64,000 nt of DNA from Takakia lepidozioides (taxonomy: Eukaryota > Plantae > Bryophyta): the NCBI GenBank assembly GCA_030704615.1, contig CM060731.1, positions 15,190,001 to 15,254,000 on the forward strand. The letters are read 5' to 3'. The notes beneath the pieces are model-generated. The model searched no databases. It had not been told where the DNA came from and was given only the letters and a program-made list of their open reading frames with translations. The position numbers were made by a program, and so were the translations under genes. Shown in pieces: positions 51,231 through 64,000 of this stretch. How positions within the stretch are numbered: the stretch's first letter is position 1; the number at the start of each line of letters is the position of its first letter.

Positions 51231-54167
51231 AGGAAATATCAATTCTTGAATAGCACCTCCATCCACCAAAACCTCTGCATCCAATATGATGCTTGTTGTT
51301 TCCGTGCCATTGTGATTCTTATAGTCATGTACTGATGAGCTTGATCGTTGCGATTCACATCTATCTGGACTCTGCATTGGTTGTAAATGGAATCTGGGAT
51401 CCAACCAGGAGGACCTAATAGTGGTGCACATCAGCTAGTAGATGAGTTATCTATGTAAAAATAACCAGCAAATGTCATTACTTACAATTTCATACATTTT
51501 GGGATTAATAATAGATCAAATCATCTTACGACACTTGCACTTCACATTAGAAAATCGTGTATGACAAACCTCATGCTAATGAATTATTATAATTTATTTG
51601 TATAAGCTTTAAGTGAGCTTTTATAAAAGTAAAACATTGAGGCAACCTTCACTTTATTTAGTGCTATGCATGGATACTAGGTTCCTCTTTTGATCTCCTC
51701 CTTCAAGCACACTCAAAATCCAATGTTGATCTAATCTTCAATCTAAAGCTTGCTACTTCAAAAGATTTCAAAATCCCTCGAAGATAGTCATATTTCAATG
51801 GATGCCCATAGTCATACATGGGAGATGGTCATGCATATGATACGCATGTGTGGGTCGCATGTTCAGGATTATTGTATGACGTTAAATAATATTAGGATTT
51901 TTTGTACGATATCTGAAATATGACTGGGAAATTCTACAGCCATATTCCAAATTTGGAATAAGTCACTGAAAGTTTTATTACAGTAAAGTCTGAGTGAAGT
52001 CCAAGTCTAAGTACCACTCATTCTTATCGATGTCCTGGAAGCCAAAAGCCAGTTTAGCGAAATCCTCATAGTCTTCAAGAATTGCAGTATCGCTCATGTA
52101 TATGACATTCAGATCTCTCTCAGTTAACTCTTGTCCATAAGTTGACTCGATAAGCATTTCTACATCTTCAGAATTGAGTCCTAACTCAAATGGCGGACAT
52201 GAATGCAAATTAGCAATATATATATATATATGATAATACAATCATAGATTTCTTATGTATGACAATACAACTGATTTAATTTTTTTCTTCCAAGTAAATT
52301 AAGAGAATTACATTAGACATAAAGTATTAATAATGCATGGAAATACCTGATAAGTCTGATGCATTGTCATACATACACCATTGCATGAATGAGACATGAC
52401 ATCATGTGTATGACTATGCATCAAATTCATACATGATGTCATGTACGTATGACAGTGCAACTGACTTAGATATTTCTTAAATAAGAGAATAAAATAATTA
52501 TATTAATAGAGAGAGAGAGAGATATATATATATTGATTGTCATACATATATTATACATACTATATTCTTTTTCAGAAAATTCTTGAGGCTTTAGGTTCAA
52601 AATATTATGCATGCAACGATGAGGATAAATCTTCGTATCTTGACAAGTATAATTCTTCAGTTTTTATGACATATATAAAAATCAGTTGTATCGTCACACA
52701 TACATATAGACATATATTGTGATGTGTTTCCATGCAAGACTCATGCATGAAGACTAATCATGCATTTCAATACATGACTATATATTTCTCATGTATAAGT
52801 GTACGAAGATGAGCTAGCATTTAATCTTGGAACTTTTTTGAGGTAGGTGGAAAAATGTAGTAACAGGTCCAGTTAGGAATCGGAGGAGATCGGGCATTCA
52901 AATAACCCAGCAAAGAACCTTTATAGGTCACTAGAATCATAAAGCTTCCATCAAATAATCAACCTCTAAGCAATGAAAGAATATTTAGTCTTATCTTTTA
53001 TGTGGTGGGGGTCCCCTCTACGTCGCAAAATTCAAAGCTGGCCACTCTAGATAGTCAGGAATTAAAACTACTTGAGGCCAGTGTTTTTATCTTTGGCGAA
53101 ATTTCTTCGACCTCAATTTTTTTTCCCCAATATTCTGTTGTAAATTCCTTTTTTCATGGATGAAATCGCCAAACTTCTCAAAAAAATATAAATCGTGGAT
53201 GAATTCGCCTAATTTGGAAGATATACATGGATGAAAGTATAGAGGAGGATGATTCTGTCCAAATTTCAGTGGATGAACAGAAAATATGGCTATTTCCTGC
53301 AAAACTCAGTAGTCACTCCTCTTATTTTTCCAAATTTTGAAACAAAAAACAATGCTTGAGGCATAGGAAATTTGTGCAAAGAGAAAATCTCTGTAATCTA
53401 TATTTCACTTCGACTCTACCCTCTCATTGAGTGATGAATTGATATTGCTACTAATACTGTCTCCACCTGTCTTTTTGAATGAATGAATGAATGTGCTCAC
53501 ATTCAAGTACGATGGTGTCAGCAAACTAGGTGAGAGTCCGAGACTGTGTATATCGTCCATATCTTGATATAGTTTCCATTCCTTGCTCAACTATCCTATA
53601 TTGACGTGCTTCAAACGATCGAGGGGTAGGGGAGATTAATATGACGAAGTCTATGGATAGGTAGATCGAGAATGAGGCCACAAACGAACATATCCAAATA
53701 GCCAAAATACAGGCATGGTGAAGATGAGAGACTATCTAGAACTGAAAGTAAGACTGCCAATGTGAAACTTGCCATCTGCAACAAGGTTCAATAACAACTC
53801 TTCTTCAGAGCAGCTCCAAACCAATATTTGAGGCCCCAGATACTGCTACAAAATAGCTCCTCGAGGGTTGAAAGTGCAGCGCATGAAGTAAAAGAATAGA
53901 GAGTCAAGAGCCTAAAGTTCAGCTGCAATAAAACAGAGATAAGTCCCTCTTAGGGGTACCTCGTATCGTAGAATTAATGGGACGGTGGGGGGGGTGAAGT
54001 TTAGCAGTCACCTTCTTCAGGATCCTGAGGGACACATTTTCTCAACAACACTGTGTAGTTCCTCAAGATCACCTCCAGTTCCTTCTGGGCTTTCACTGTC
54101 CCCTTCTCAGCCTCCTTCAACATGTTTATGTACAAGAGTATAGTACCTTGACTTTCCCATCTCTCAG

Positions 54168-54647
54168 TGTCATGCACCTCACTTCGGTAAGCTCCCCTTC
54201 AAGTCATAGTTACTCGCTTTGATGCGCGCGCCTAACTCCCAAACTGGCCGCCGGGCCAACTCGGGAGCTTCGACTGCTCACCGGGACATAACGGTCCCCC
54301 TTTACTCCTCCACAAGACCCTCTCTCAATTTGGGCCTAGTGGAAAATTCCCTTTGGTTGTTGGCAGTGCGGAACAGTCTCCCCACACCTTGGTTGCTTTC
54401 CGGCCCGCACGCTTACTCACTAGTTTTTGGTCACCAACGGGCTTGCACCGTTCTCGGGGTTATTACTCCCTATATATACTTCTGTGACTATCCGTGGGGG
54501 TTTCACAAACAACCTAGTCATTTTATGGCGAACCACCACGAAAACCCTCGATTCCCGGTGATTAGTCGCAGTGAGTCTTGGCCCACCCACCACGGCCCTA
54601 TTGGACCGTGATGAGTCCCAAGACTCCCCACAACTCCCACCACAAGG
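54168..54647 (-). repeat. Partial 3' LTR of element C, inverted
   Basis: Reverse complement of ~41035-41512; flanked by CTCAG (54163-54167), the reverse complement of TSD CTGAG. Confidence 0.92.
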
Positions 54648-57600
54648 CTACGGCGTGAGCCCAGCCGCGTGAGCCTGGGAGCTGAGCTCACGTTGTAGCT
54701 GCAAAACGTGAACTGAGCTCACGCTTCAGGGAAGCGTGAGCGGCACAAATCTGCTGGAGAAGCAGGTCCTATAGGCGAGGATTGCAGGAAGAGGGCCTAT
54801 TACCGTGGACAAAACAAAGGGGGCCACCATGCACCATGTCTGCAATGCCTGCACAAAAAGAGGAATATGAAAATATGGTAGATTTGAGCTCAGAATGATT
54901 GACACACTTTATTTCAATTCACAGATAGACGCTTACAATGAATGGCATGTGCATTTGCCCTGATTCCGTGAACGAAATGTATGTGTTTGTCCTAAATGCA
55001 AAGTCTTCACACGGTAACCTGGAAACTAGCATGGGAAGCGGGCATGGCTCGTTGTGTTCAAAGAGAATTTGGAGCCCTACGTGAGGTGTCCCGCTGCAGA
55101 AGGGTGATGACTTCTCCGTAGCCTAGTGTGGCTTGGTGAATGAATTGGTCTCTCTTACCGTCGCAGCACAAAATTACAAGGTATATGTAATATTGATGCT
55201 TGCAGGGGACCCACTTCCCTCTCATGCCGAGAGTGCCCTCACGCATCATTACAAAATCCGGACAAGTGCACGTAGGGAAATTCCCCACGGTAACCTGATA
55301 TTCTTTTCCATGAAGAACTGAGCCAATAGACAGCACTGTGTAAATCCGTCCATACCCCGGGGCAGGGACTTCGGTGATACGAATCACCCGAGCCTGCAAA
55401 ATTCTAGCCGATTCCATCTTGCAGTCGTGATCTGCACCCGAAGCGACACGGCGCACGATTTTTCCATCTCTTTTTGTTGGGTGGGAGTCGGCACCGGGTG
55501 GAGGCATTGCCGGAGCATGTGGCACATCTGTGCTGACAGTGCATGAGGGCACCACCCGGGACCGTGCAAGACAGAACCCTCCCTCCTCCAGCATGCTTAT
55601 CTCGGTTGATGACAGTGACGTCCCAAGTTTCACAGGCCAAATTGCGGGGGGAGGGGGCTTCATTATCACCGAAGGATGAACTGTTCCCTTGACGCATCGT
55701 GCCATATCGTCTGGGCAGAACCAGAACTTGTGGTCCTTTGACTCCCCACTATGATAAGGTCGGAACAACCCTGTGAATGTTGGAGCTGGAGTCCCCCTGG
55801 AGCCTTTGCATATTTTTGATTTGCATTTCTTGAAAGAGGGGGTCCGAATTGCCATGCAAGCCACTCTAGATCCTAGTGGGGTGCGTTCTATATGCCACTC
55901 ACTGTCAATGCAGTCAGATTCATGCACCATGGACACCACCTTCTCCAATGGGAACCAGGCTGCTGTGCCTGCATGATCTGCACCTGCTCCGCTGGAGGAG
56001 GACCCACCTGGGAAGGGGCGGGCACACGACTTAGTCTGCACTGGAGACACCTTTGGTATAGAGAAATTGACCTTGTCCGGCCGATGGGAATCTCCATCCG
56101 ACCCTAGAGGAGGTTTCAATTTTCTTTTGCATGATCCAAATCTTTCCTCGCCTTCCAAACGGGGGATCCTGGATTGCAAAGGGGAGCCTTCAGTGCACCT
56201 GTTCAGAGCTCTGGCCATCTTCAATGGGTCTCCGGACCTACTCGCAGCCCTTAACATCAACAAAGTCGTATCAGGGCCCTTGCCTCCGCTCCGTCCCATC
56301 AAAAAATTGCGGTATCCAGTTTGTTGTGTAAGTGCCCGCACCATGTCATTAGCAGTGGCCACATACAAGTCACGTCCTGCTTTGGTAGACTCCTGCATCT
56401 AGGCATTGTGAACAGTCTCCGCCAAATTATAGGATGGCATGTCGGCCAAGTCCTCCAAGGACATGTCCTGCAGGAGGCATTGCATGCAAATGTGAGGAAC
56501 GAAAGGAAATGGAAGAGGTTCTGCAAGTGACAATCCAACAACCCCAAACGAACAGGCACGATGCAAAGTGAAATTTGTGTTTCTGGGATTGAAGAGGCTT
56601 ACCGTCGTCATGAAAGCTCCCCACTGTCTGTACCTGAAGTGCCAAAAAAACCAATCAGTCCTCCAACTCCTTCAGGTGGATACCAGTAGCAGCACCAGAG
56701 GAGAACCACCAAGCCCGGATTTCTTAGTAAGTGCTCTCAGCTTCTCCCATTGAGGTGGCATTTTTGTACTTGAGGCAGAGCCTTCTGTGCTCCAACTGAA
56801 GGTCAAGGCGAATGCAGCGCTTTGTATGATGTGCCAAAGATTGACTCCAATGGAAGAGGCATGTGCGCTCCCTATTTTCCATTGGGACCTTAGGATCCCC
56901 TGAACCAAACACGCACCGCTCTGCATTGAAATTTGCCTGTGCACTATCAGCCACCCAAAATTTGTGTTCTGCATTCCATTACGCTGCATGACGGCCAGGA
57001 GCAAATTCCACATGAGCATCTCGGATTCAGTGTCCTCTGATTGCATATCACAAATTGTTATGGAGAGCACACGCTGGTACGCTCACTATAAGAGATGAGC
57101 GTTTTTAGGACTACGGATTTGGCGGAGTCATAAAAACGGCACTAGGTGCACGACTACAGAGCGCTGAAATGCGTTGCAGTCATAGTTTTATCACTTTATA
57201 GTAATGGATATCACTACATGACTCCGGAAAATTAGGGAGCATTGGTCAAACATTGTTGACCATGATGACAAGGATGGTTTTATGACTAGTGTGATATGTT
57301 TGACTAAACGTGGACGACGTTTCATGGAATCTTGTGACTCCATGACTGAAGATGGTTTTACAGCTCTATTTATACGACTACATCCCTACACGTGTCATTT
57401 TGAAAGCACATACATGAATGTATTCATCCATTGGATGAGTTTATCCATCGATGACATGACATGTAAACTTATGAGTCCCTTACTGCAAATTGTTTCATAA
57501 CTCTATATATATGACTACATCACTACACATGTCATTTAAAAGGCATATACATTAATGAATTCATTCAATGGATGGGTTCATCCATCCGCCTATACGGAGT

Positions 57601-57834
57601 GTCGATTTGATATCTGTTCAATAAATTGGACCTGGATAGACGTGGCTTAACAAGGATCGCAAGATATATGAGATTAAAATACGTGGTTGTACAAGATTAG
57701 ATCATGTGATGGAAATTATTTTGAATCGTTAGATTTTACAGGATCTAACGGTCTAGATTGTTTAAGATCTAACAGTTTAAGATTACACAGCCGAACTTTA
57801 CACCGGGCTGGGACTTAGTTGTCTCCTGCGTTTT

Positions 57835-57935
57835 ACCATCTATTTGATGTTGTGTCATGGAACGCGATGATTGTAGGATATGCAGGGGCGTGGGATGGAG
57901 GCTTTGCATACCTTCCTACTCTTGAGCAAATGATG
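57835..57935 (+). pseudogene. PPR repeat fragment inside Pack-CACTA
   Basis: DVVSWNAMIVGYA..LLEQMMQKG. Confidence 0.65.
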
Positions 57936-58318
57936 CAGAAAGGAGAAGAGGAGGAGGAGAGGAGATGAGGAGAAGATCCCAACATTCTTGTGAGCTCGCC
58001 GTTTTTGGGAGAGAGACGAGACGAGGAGACGCTCGCCGTTCTTGGGAGAGTCAGCTTGGTCTTAGCAGGCCGTGTTTCAATCTCTGCCTGCTCAGCTGCA
58101 CCGTGGTGGATCGATCTCACATACCAATCCAACATTACCTGACTACAGATACAAGCAGCACACACAAGGGGTCCTTTTGGGCTGATGGTCGGTCAATTCC
58201 TCTATGGGTCATGATACAAGGTAAAGGACAATGTGGTGAGGATACCTTCTTCTTTGACCTATTTCAGCCTGTTTTGCTCTGTTTGGCAGCATGAAAGTAT
58301 CCAAAAACAGGTAATAGA

Positions 58319-60168
58319 GATGAGGAGAAGCTTTGGAATGAACACTTTTCCGACCCCAGTCAATGGCGAGACAATGGAGACAAAAAGGTGAATGCATGTT
58401 GGACTAGCTAAAGGACCAGGGATAGAGGTCCAGGTTCATCCAAGAGGGTTTTTAAGGTTTCATCCATACTGAATGAAATTTCTGTTATAGCCATAACTGG
58501 ATGATTTACAGGCAGATATGCATTTCAATGCATTTTAGGTTTATGCTCCTTTGATTTAAACCTATTGAATGCCCGTTTTTCATCCTGGTCTGATACCATC
58601 CATACCGGATGGTGGATGAAATCGCGGGTGGTTTTCCTTTAAGTGTCTCTCTGCCCTAGACACAGCACGATATCGTGCGTGTTTTTTTTTCTCTGGAAGA
58701 GGGCGATGGCGGACGAATGCTCGATGGCGGCTGAATGCCCAAGCAGCAAGATCCGAACAGGTGTGTTCTTGTTTTTTGAACGCGCGATGACGACAGACAC
58801 TTTCATCTCCCGCGATGGCAAATGACATACTGTTATGTTTGCCTACGTTTTTTCCTCATTGATGAAGCAGCGGCGGTTATGGAGGTGGGGAAGCGGCCTG
58901 TATTACAAGATACAACCTGTCCTCAACTCTCCTCCCGTTGCATTCTGTTGTGCTCGTTCAAATTCAGATGATGAACACTGCAGCGTCTTACTCCACAAAA
59001 GATTGAGGTTCTTTGTGGTGTCACATCTATGCTTTCTTCTACTGGTTTTGTGATCTTTGCATGCTTTATGGCTCATACCTGACATGGATAGCAACTGTGA
59101 AATCCTGTAATTCACCTCGCGCATCCTCACTAACGCACAAAACATTTTTTGTGTTTGTTTTTGGGACGGGCGCAGGTGAGGGATTTCACTTGGCATGAAC
59201 TCTTTGGCTTGCAGATGATCTGGTTATTGCAGGATGGATAAGATATGCTGCAAGCTGCCGTTGTTGCAATTTTCTGCTTCAAAGCTGCTTCAAGGGGGAT
59301 ATGCCTTAAACCTTTACTTTGATTTCTGGTTCTTGGTAACCAAATCTGTTAAGTCAGGGAAGTAAATGGGCTGGGCCTCCTAGAAATCAGACCTTATTGT
59401 GAAGGTTCGGGCTGGTTGTGATGACAAGGGTTTGGTGATGCAAGTGTGACATTGGATGCATTTTTCCAGACCTGTTTTCTGGCCTTTTGGAGAGTCAGAC
59501 AGTGTTGTTTATGCCTCACCATTTTAGAATGTATTAAGTAAGGCATTGGGTAAGCCTTTTTAAGAACACATACATTCTTTTAGGCTCCCCCATGGAGATT
59601 ATAACCTGATTACAGACTGGTATTTTTGAGGATCTCTCTAAAACTTGGCAGAGTGAGTGGATAAGGCCCTGGGATACATACCATAGCCCTGCATCTACTT
59701 ATGGAAGTACAATCAGTTCAGCTTGTGCTTTTAGGAACATACAAGTCCTTTAAAGCTATAATAGGGAATTGTTTTCATCAAAGCTCTCACTCTTAGGCCT
59801 GCTGGAATGGTTTTCTCAAAGACCTGTTGAGCTTACAACATACTTGTTTAAGCTATTTGAACCCAAGAATTACCAAGCCAGTATTTTTAAAGGGCTTTTT
59901 TGATTACGAACTGTATTCTTAAGCTCCCCCCAAAGATTGGGAATGTGACATGGTAATGACTCTCTCTCTCTCTCTCTCTCTCTCCTCCTCCTCTGATACA
60001 TGATACATATATACATGATTTGTGCAGAGGCATGGATAGCTGAAGGAGCAGGGATAGAGTGCATGGGTCCAGATTCATCCAAGAGGGCCGGATTTCAATC
60101 TCCAGATTACATATGATTCCCTGTGGAAGGATAGCTACAAGAACCCTGCATGGATAGATGATCAATTG
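58319..60168 (+). pseudogene. OSB-type PDF motif fragments inside Pack-CACTA
   Basis: DEEKLWNEHFSDPSQWRDNGDKKVN (58319-58393) and HPRGPDFNLQITYDSLWKDSYKNPAWIDDQL (60076-60168). Confidence 0.6.
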
Positions 60169-62136
60169 GTTGGTCTTGAGTTGAAGAGCACGACTCCTGC
60201 AGGGATGTCTCTCCATCTGTAGATCTTTTAGGAAGTGGAAGGCTAGGCCTAGGGCCCAACTTTCTTATGACATTGTTAGCTGATTTTCAGTTCTTCTCCT
60301 TAGCTTGGTGCCTTTCTGTTTCCAAGTTATGGCAATAGTTTCTGGCTGCAGTCTCTTTTCCTGCTAGACTCTTTAGCTCTATGCAGACCCCCTTCTTTGC
60401 TTGCCTTCCTTCTTACTACTCTTTCTTGTCTTGGTACGCGAAGCTGTGTCTTCCTCTTTTAGCTTCTCTGGCACTCTATCCAGAGGTTATTTTTCCTCTT
60501 TGTATCCAAGGACATTTTATGTCCATTACCTATAAAGTTCTAGAGGCCACTGTCCCCCACTGTCCCTCTTTGTTAACAAAAATAATAATAATAATAAAAG
60601 ACAACAATGGATTCCATTCTATTTTCCTAGATACCTAATGAGAATTTAAATCAATTAATAATCTAAATATTATGTATGATTTAATTTATTAAATTAAAAT
60701 ATTATTAAAAAACCTCTTTAGTCATGAAGTTATATACTCATGACTACATCATGGCAACGTGGCATTATATGATACGATATTCTTTCCCACGTGTGGGTCA
60801 TATATATGTTGTCCATGTGGACACGTGTCACATCCGGAGTGCTACATATGTCTCTCTAACGCCTCTCCAATGGAGTTATACTTTGTAGACATGTAGTCAT
60901 ATAGTTAGTCATATATAAATCATATAGTTGTGACTACATCCTCTCTACAGCATGACTCCAGGTGCCACGCACGCAGTCACGGCTATGACTTGCAAAACGC
61001 AGTCCTAAAGACTAGTCGCTATGACAGGGTTTTTTTCACTGCAGAGTGATATAGTCATGAACGCATATAGGACTGAAAAAATAGTCATATGTGCAGTCAT
61101 AAAAACGCTCATCTGTTGTAGTGGCTGGATCGTACACATGGCACGCCATGGTTGTCCAACCCTTCACCTGTTTGCAGTGATCAAACATCAACCAACATTT
61201 AGCCAAATCTCCTCCAGGTTGCATTCGGCGGACTATGCTCACACCACTGCCTTCGCCCACTGTGGACATCTTGAACAAATACACCTTGGACGAGCCCTGG
61301 CCAGGGCAGATACTATTTTGAATGAATTCATAGCGACTCCTCCGTTTGAGGTCCATAATGTTGTTCATGAATCTAGCACTGCCTGTGCCCATTCTGAGTG
61401 CATTCACCCGGTTTCGAATATTGGGAGAGCTCAACACGGAGAAATGATCCATCACTACATCAAGCGAATCTGCATCTAGCATTGGTTGTGTCGCATCCCC
61501 TTCACCCAGTATGTGTTTTTCCATGAATGCCTTGCTAGCTGCAAGCGCTATAGCAGAAGGTGTTGCACAAGGGGCATTGTGGAATTCCTGCTTCAGCAGA
61601 TTTCTAGCGATGTCCACGCTATCCCTGCAACTTCCTTTGGACACAGGATGCTCGTGTATACCCATATGAATGTAGGCACGAGTCATTGTCTTGCATCGGT
61701 GCGCCACCTGGTACATACAAGCGTGGCACACAGAAACATAGGACGGGGAAAGTTTGCGGAACCTGCACACAAAAGTATTGGTCTTGGGAGGGGCAAGCCC
61801 TGGGGTGAAAGGATTCAGGGGCACACCTTCCTACACACTTTGTTTGGTTTAGCGCTGTTTATCAGGCGAGAGCAAGAAATACGCACTTGCAATGCCCAAC
61901 GCAAACCGACCTTCGAAATTTCAATCCAATGTCGTTGTGGATGTTCGATGTTTTTTTCCTGCACCAAGGGTGTCCGTCATGTTTCTTGTCCATGCCCTAC
62001 AGAAGCCCAGCTAGTCCACTGGAAGACGTGGGAGGGTTGAGCTCAAACAAGATGTCCCCATCAAACTCTGCTGGCACGTATTGAACCCGATGCATACGAA
62101 GAGACTCCCAATCAACAAAACGCAGCTCGCTCTTAC

Positions 62137-62970
62137 ACCCAGAAGTGCGTCAAAATGAAGGGTCTGGAAGCTAGAAAGCAGGTGCACACTCACATTATCC
62201 AAAGTGGATTCACGCCAAGTGTTTTTCTCCTCAACACCCTTGTGAGCATGTATGTTAAGTGCAGGAGCATCATGAATGCACACCGAGTGTTCAACAGAAT
62301 GCCTCAACGAACTTTGATCACGTTGAATATAATGTTGGCAGAATTTAACATGGATGTGGTAGGAATGCTTCGGAGACCTATGAGCAAATGCTGCGCGAAG
62401 GGCCGGTGAAGCCCAACCACATCACCTTTGTTGGTGTTTGCAATGCGTGTGCAAGCCTGGCAGCCTTGGAAAAGGGGAAAGAGGTCCATGCTGACATCGT
62501 CAAAGCTGGAATTGTACCAGATGTCACCCTAAACTGACAGGTTTGCCAAATGTGGGTGCATTCAGGATGCGAAGGGAGTATTCCACACTCTGGTTGAACG
62601 AGATGTGGTGTCGTGGAACGCGATGCTTGCAGGGTATGCACAGCAGGGGTACGGGATGGAGGCTTTGGAGACCTATGATGGGGGCAGGGGTGAAGTGTAA
62701 CCAGATCACGTTTGTGTGTGTTTGCAATGCTTGTGCAAGCTTGGCAGCCCTGGAAAAGAGCAAAGAGATCCATGGTGACATCATCAAATCTGGAATTGCA
62801 CCTGATGTCATTCTGAACACTGCCTTGGTGGACATATATGCCAAATGTGGGTGCATTGAGGATGCAAAGGGAGTGTTCGACAGTATGGCTGAACGACATG
62901 TGGTGTCGTGGAGTGTGATGATTGCAGGGTATGCACAGCAAGGGCGCGGGATGGAGGCTTTGGAGACCTA
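62137..62970 (+). pseudogene. PLS-class pentatricopeptide repeat gene fragment
   Basis: KQVHTHIIQSG..NTLVSMYVKC..VFNRM; ITFVCVCNACASLAALEKSKEIHGDIIKSG..NTALVDIYAKCGCIEDAKGVFDSM..VVSWSVMIAGYAQQG; frameshifts. Confidence 0.9.
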
Positions 62971-62976
62971 GGGGCA

Positions 62977-64000
62977 AATGACGAGGATAAGCTGTGGAAT
63001 GAATACTTTTCTAACCCAGTCAATGGTGGGACAATCGAGGCAAGAAGGTGAACGCCTGTTGGATTATAGAGAATAGCACATGCAATTGAGCATATGAACT
63101 AGTGTGATAAGTAGGGTTGGGGTGTTTGCTGGAACAATTCTAGGCTGTCATTGTCAGCTGCTAGAAGCAAGGCGAGGATGTATGTATGATTTGTGTAGAG
63201 GCATGGATAGCTGAAGGAGCAGGGATAGAGTGTGGGTCCAGATTTCATGCTCCAGATTACCTATGATTCGCTGTGGAAGGATATGTACAAGAAACCTGCA
63301 TGGATAGATGATCAACTGGAAGCCGCAGCAGCAGCGACACAATTGATCAAATCAGGCACTGTTAATCAAGGCACCTTCTTCAACACGTTTCACCCTGTTT
63401 TTCCCTCTTATCAGAATCGGCCCTCAATTTTCATTATGAATTCTGCAAGTTAGCTGGTTGAGTGAACCTTTGATAGTTTGGAGTGATTTTGACATGAAAT
63501 TGCCAACGTGACAATATGAAAGTATGCAAAAACAGGTAATAGAGACGAGGAGAAGTTGTGGAACTTTTCTGACCCCAGTCAATGGTGGGACAATCGAGGT
63601 TTTGGGCTGATGAGCTACAGGGACGTCTCTCCATCTCGTGAAGAATCTTCGGGTGTGTGGTGACTGCCACACTACCACCAAGTTCGTTTCGGAGTTGTTG
63701 ACCAAATGCAGTTGTAAGGAGTATTGCACTCGATAGTTGTAAATAGAGTCATTCATTCTAGTAGTACCAGAACTGTAGTAGTACTAAAAAACTTCTGCCC
63801 TTGTGTCGGTTTGCTTAATTTTTGGTCCGCATTAGACTTTGAGGCATTCGCGGGGATGCTTGTCCAATTTGGAATTTTGTAATATGATTTGCAGGACTTG
63901 TACAAGCCCCGTTGGCCTTCCATTCTATTTTCCCAAAAATATAATGCAGAATTTAAATCAATTAATAATCTAAATTTTGTAATTTTATAATTTGTTTTAT
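62977..64000 (+). mobile_element. Second copy of the Pack-CACTA internal region (PDF motif fragments, start of subterminal region), running off the window
   Basis: 63183-63318 matches 60010-60168; 63517-63600 matches 58291-58380; 63918-63980 matches 60612-60670. Confidence 0.65.

Larger units (their letters stand above)
57084..61123. mobile_element. Pack-type non-autonomous CACTA element (4040 bp)
   Basis: TIRs CACTATAAGAGATGAGCGTTTTTA / TAAAAACGCTCATCTGTTGTAGTG; TSD GCT (57081-57083, 61124-61126); ATGACT repeats; internal host-gene fragments. Confidence 0.9.
55058..62085 (-). pseudogene. Mutator-like (MULE) transposase with GCM/WRKY-like N-terminal domain and SWIM finger, split by a CACTA insertion
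   Basis: MTRAYIHMGIHEHPV; WLMFDH..TTMACHVYDP | ICDMQSED; MADSAQANFNA; CLFHW (CxxH); SWIM CTCPDF..PCKH. Confidence 0.78.
54646..62135 (-). mobile_element. MULE-type DNA transposon arm: terminus Y plus transposase
   Basis: Terminus GGCTACGGCGTGAGC..AGGGCCTATTACCGTGGAC; transposase gene points toward it; right boundary approximate. Confidence 0.75.

Noticed and set aside
51978-52241. 87-aa acidic minus-strand ORF and nearby ATGACT-rich sequence
   Set aside because: No recognisable domain; possibly CACTA debris but no terminus found

Overview
Eukaryotic land-plant genomic DNA (bryophyte/early-diverging-plant-like by inference: XTH gene with canonical introns, PLS-class PPR fragments). One intact host gene (XTH, 1469-3046) is followed by a PIF/Harbinger element and ~50 kb of nested, rearranged transposons. 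Two distinct transposon-borne DNA methyltransferase systems stand out. (1) A Ty3/Gypsy element carries a DNMT3-like C5-cytosine MTase after its protease and a PHD finger on its integrase. (2) A MULE-type DNA transposon family appears to carry an intron-containing beta-class amino (N4C/N6A) MTase-like gene, seen in two diverged copies next to related termini. TSDs and reading-frame continuity allow reconstruction of a ~9 kb inversion (20223-29250) and further inversions at ~49-62 kb. Also present: a chromovirus, CACTA elements (one Pack-type with PPR and OSB/PDF-motif fragments), a Helentron-like endonuclease remnant, alpha-amylase fragments, a 477-bp foldback and a 500-N assembly gap. Most TE ORFs are decayed. 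All protein family calls are by motif recognition; no searches were run.
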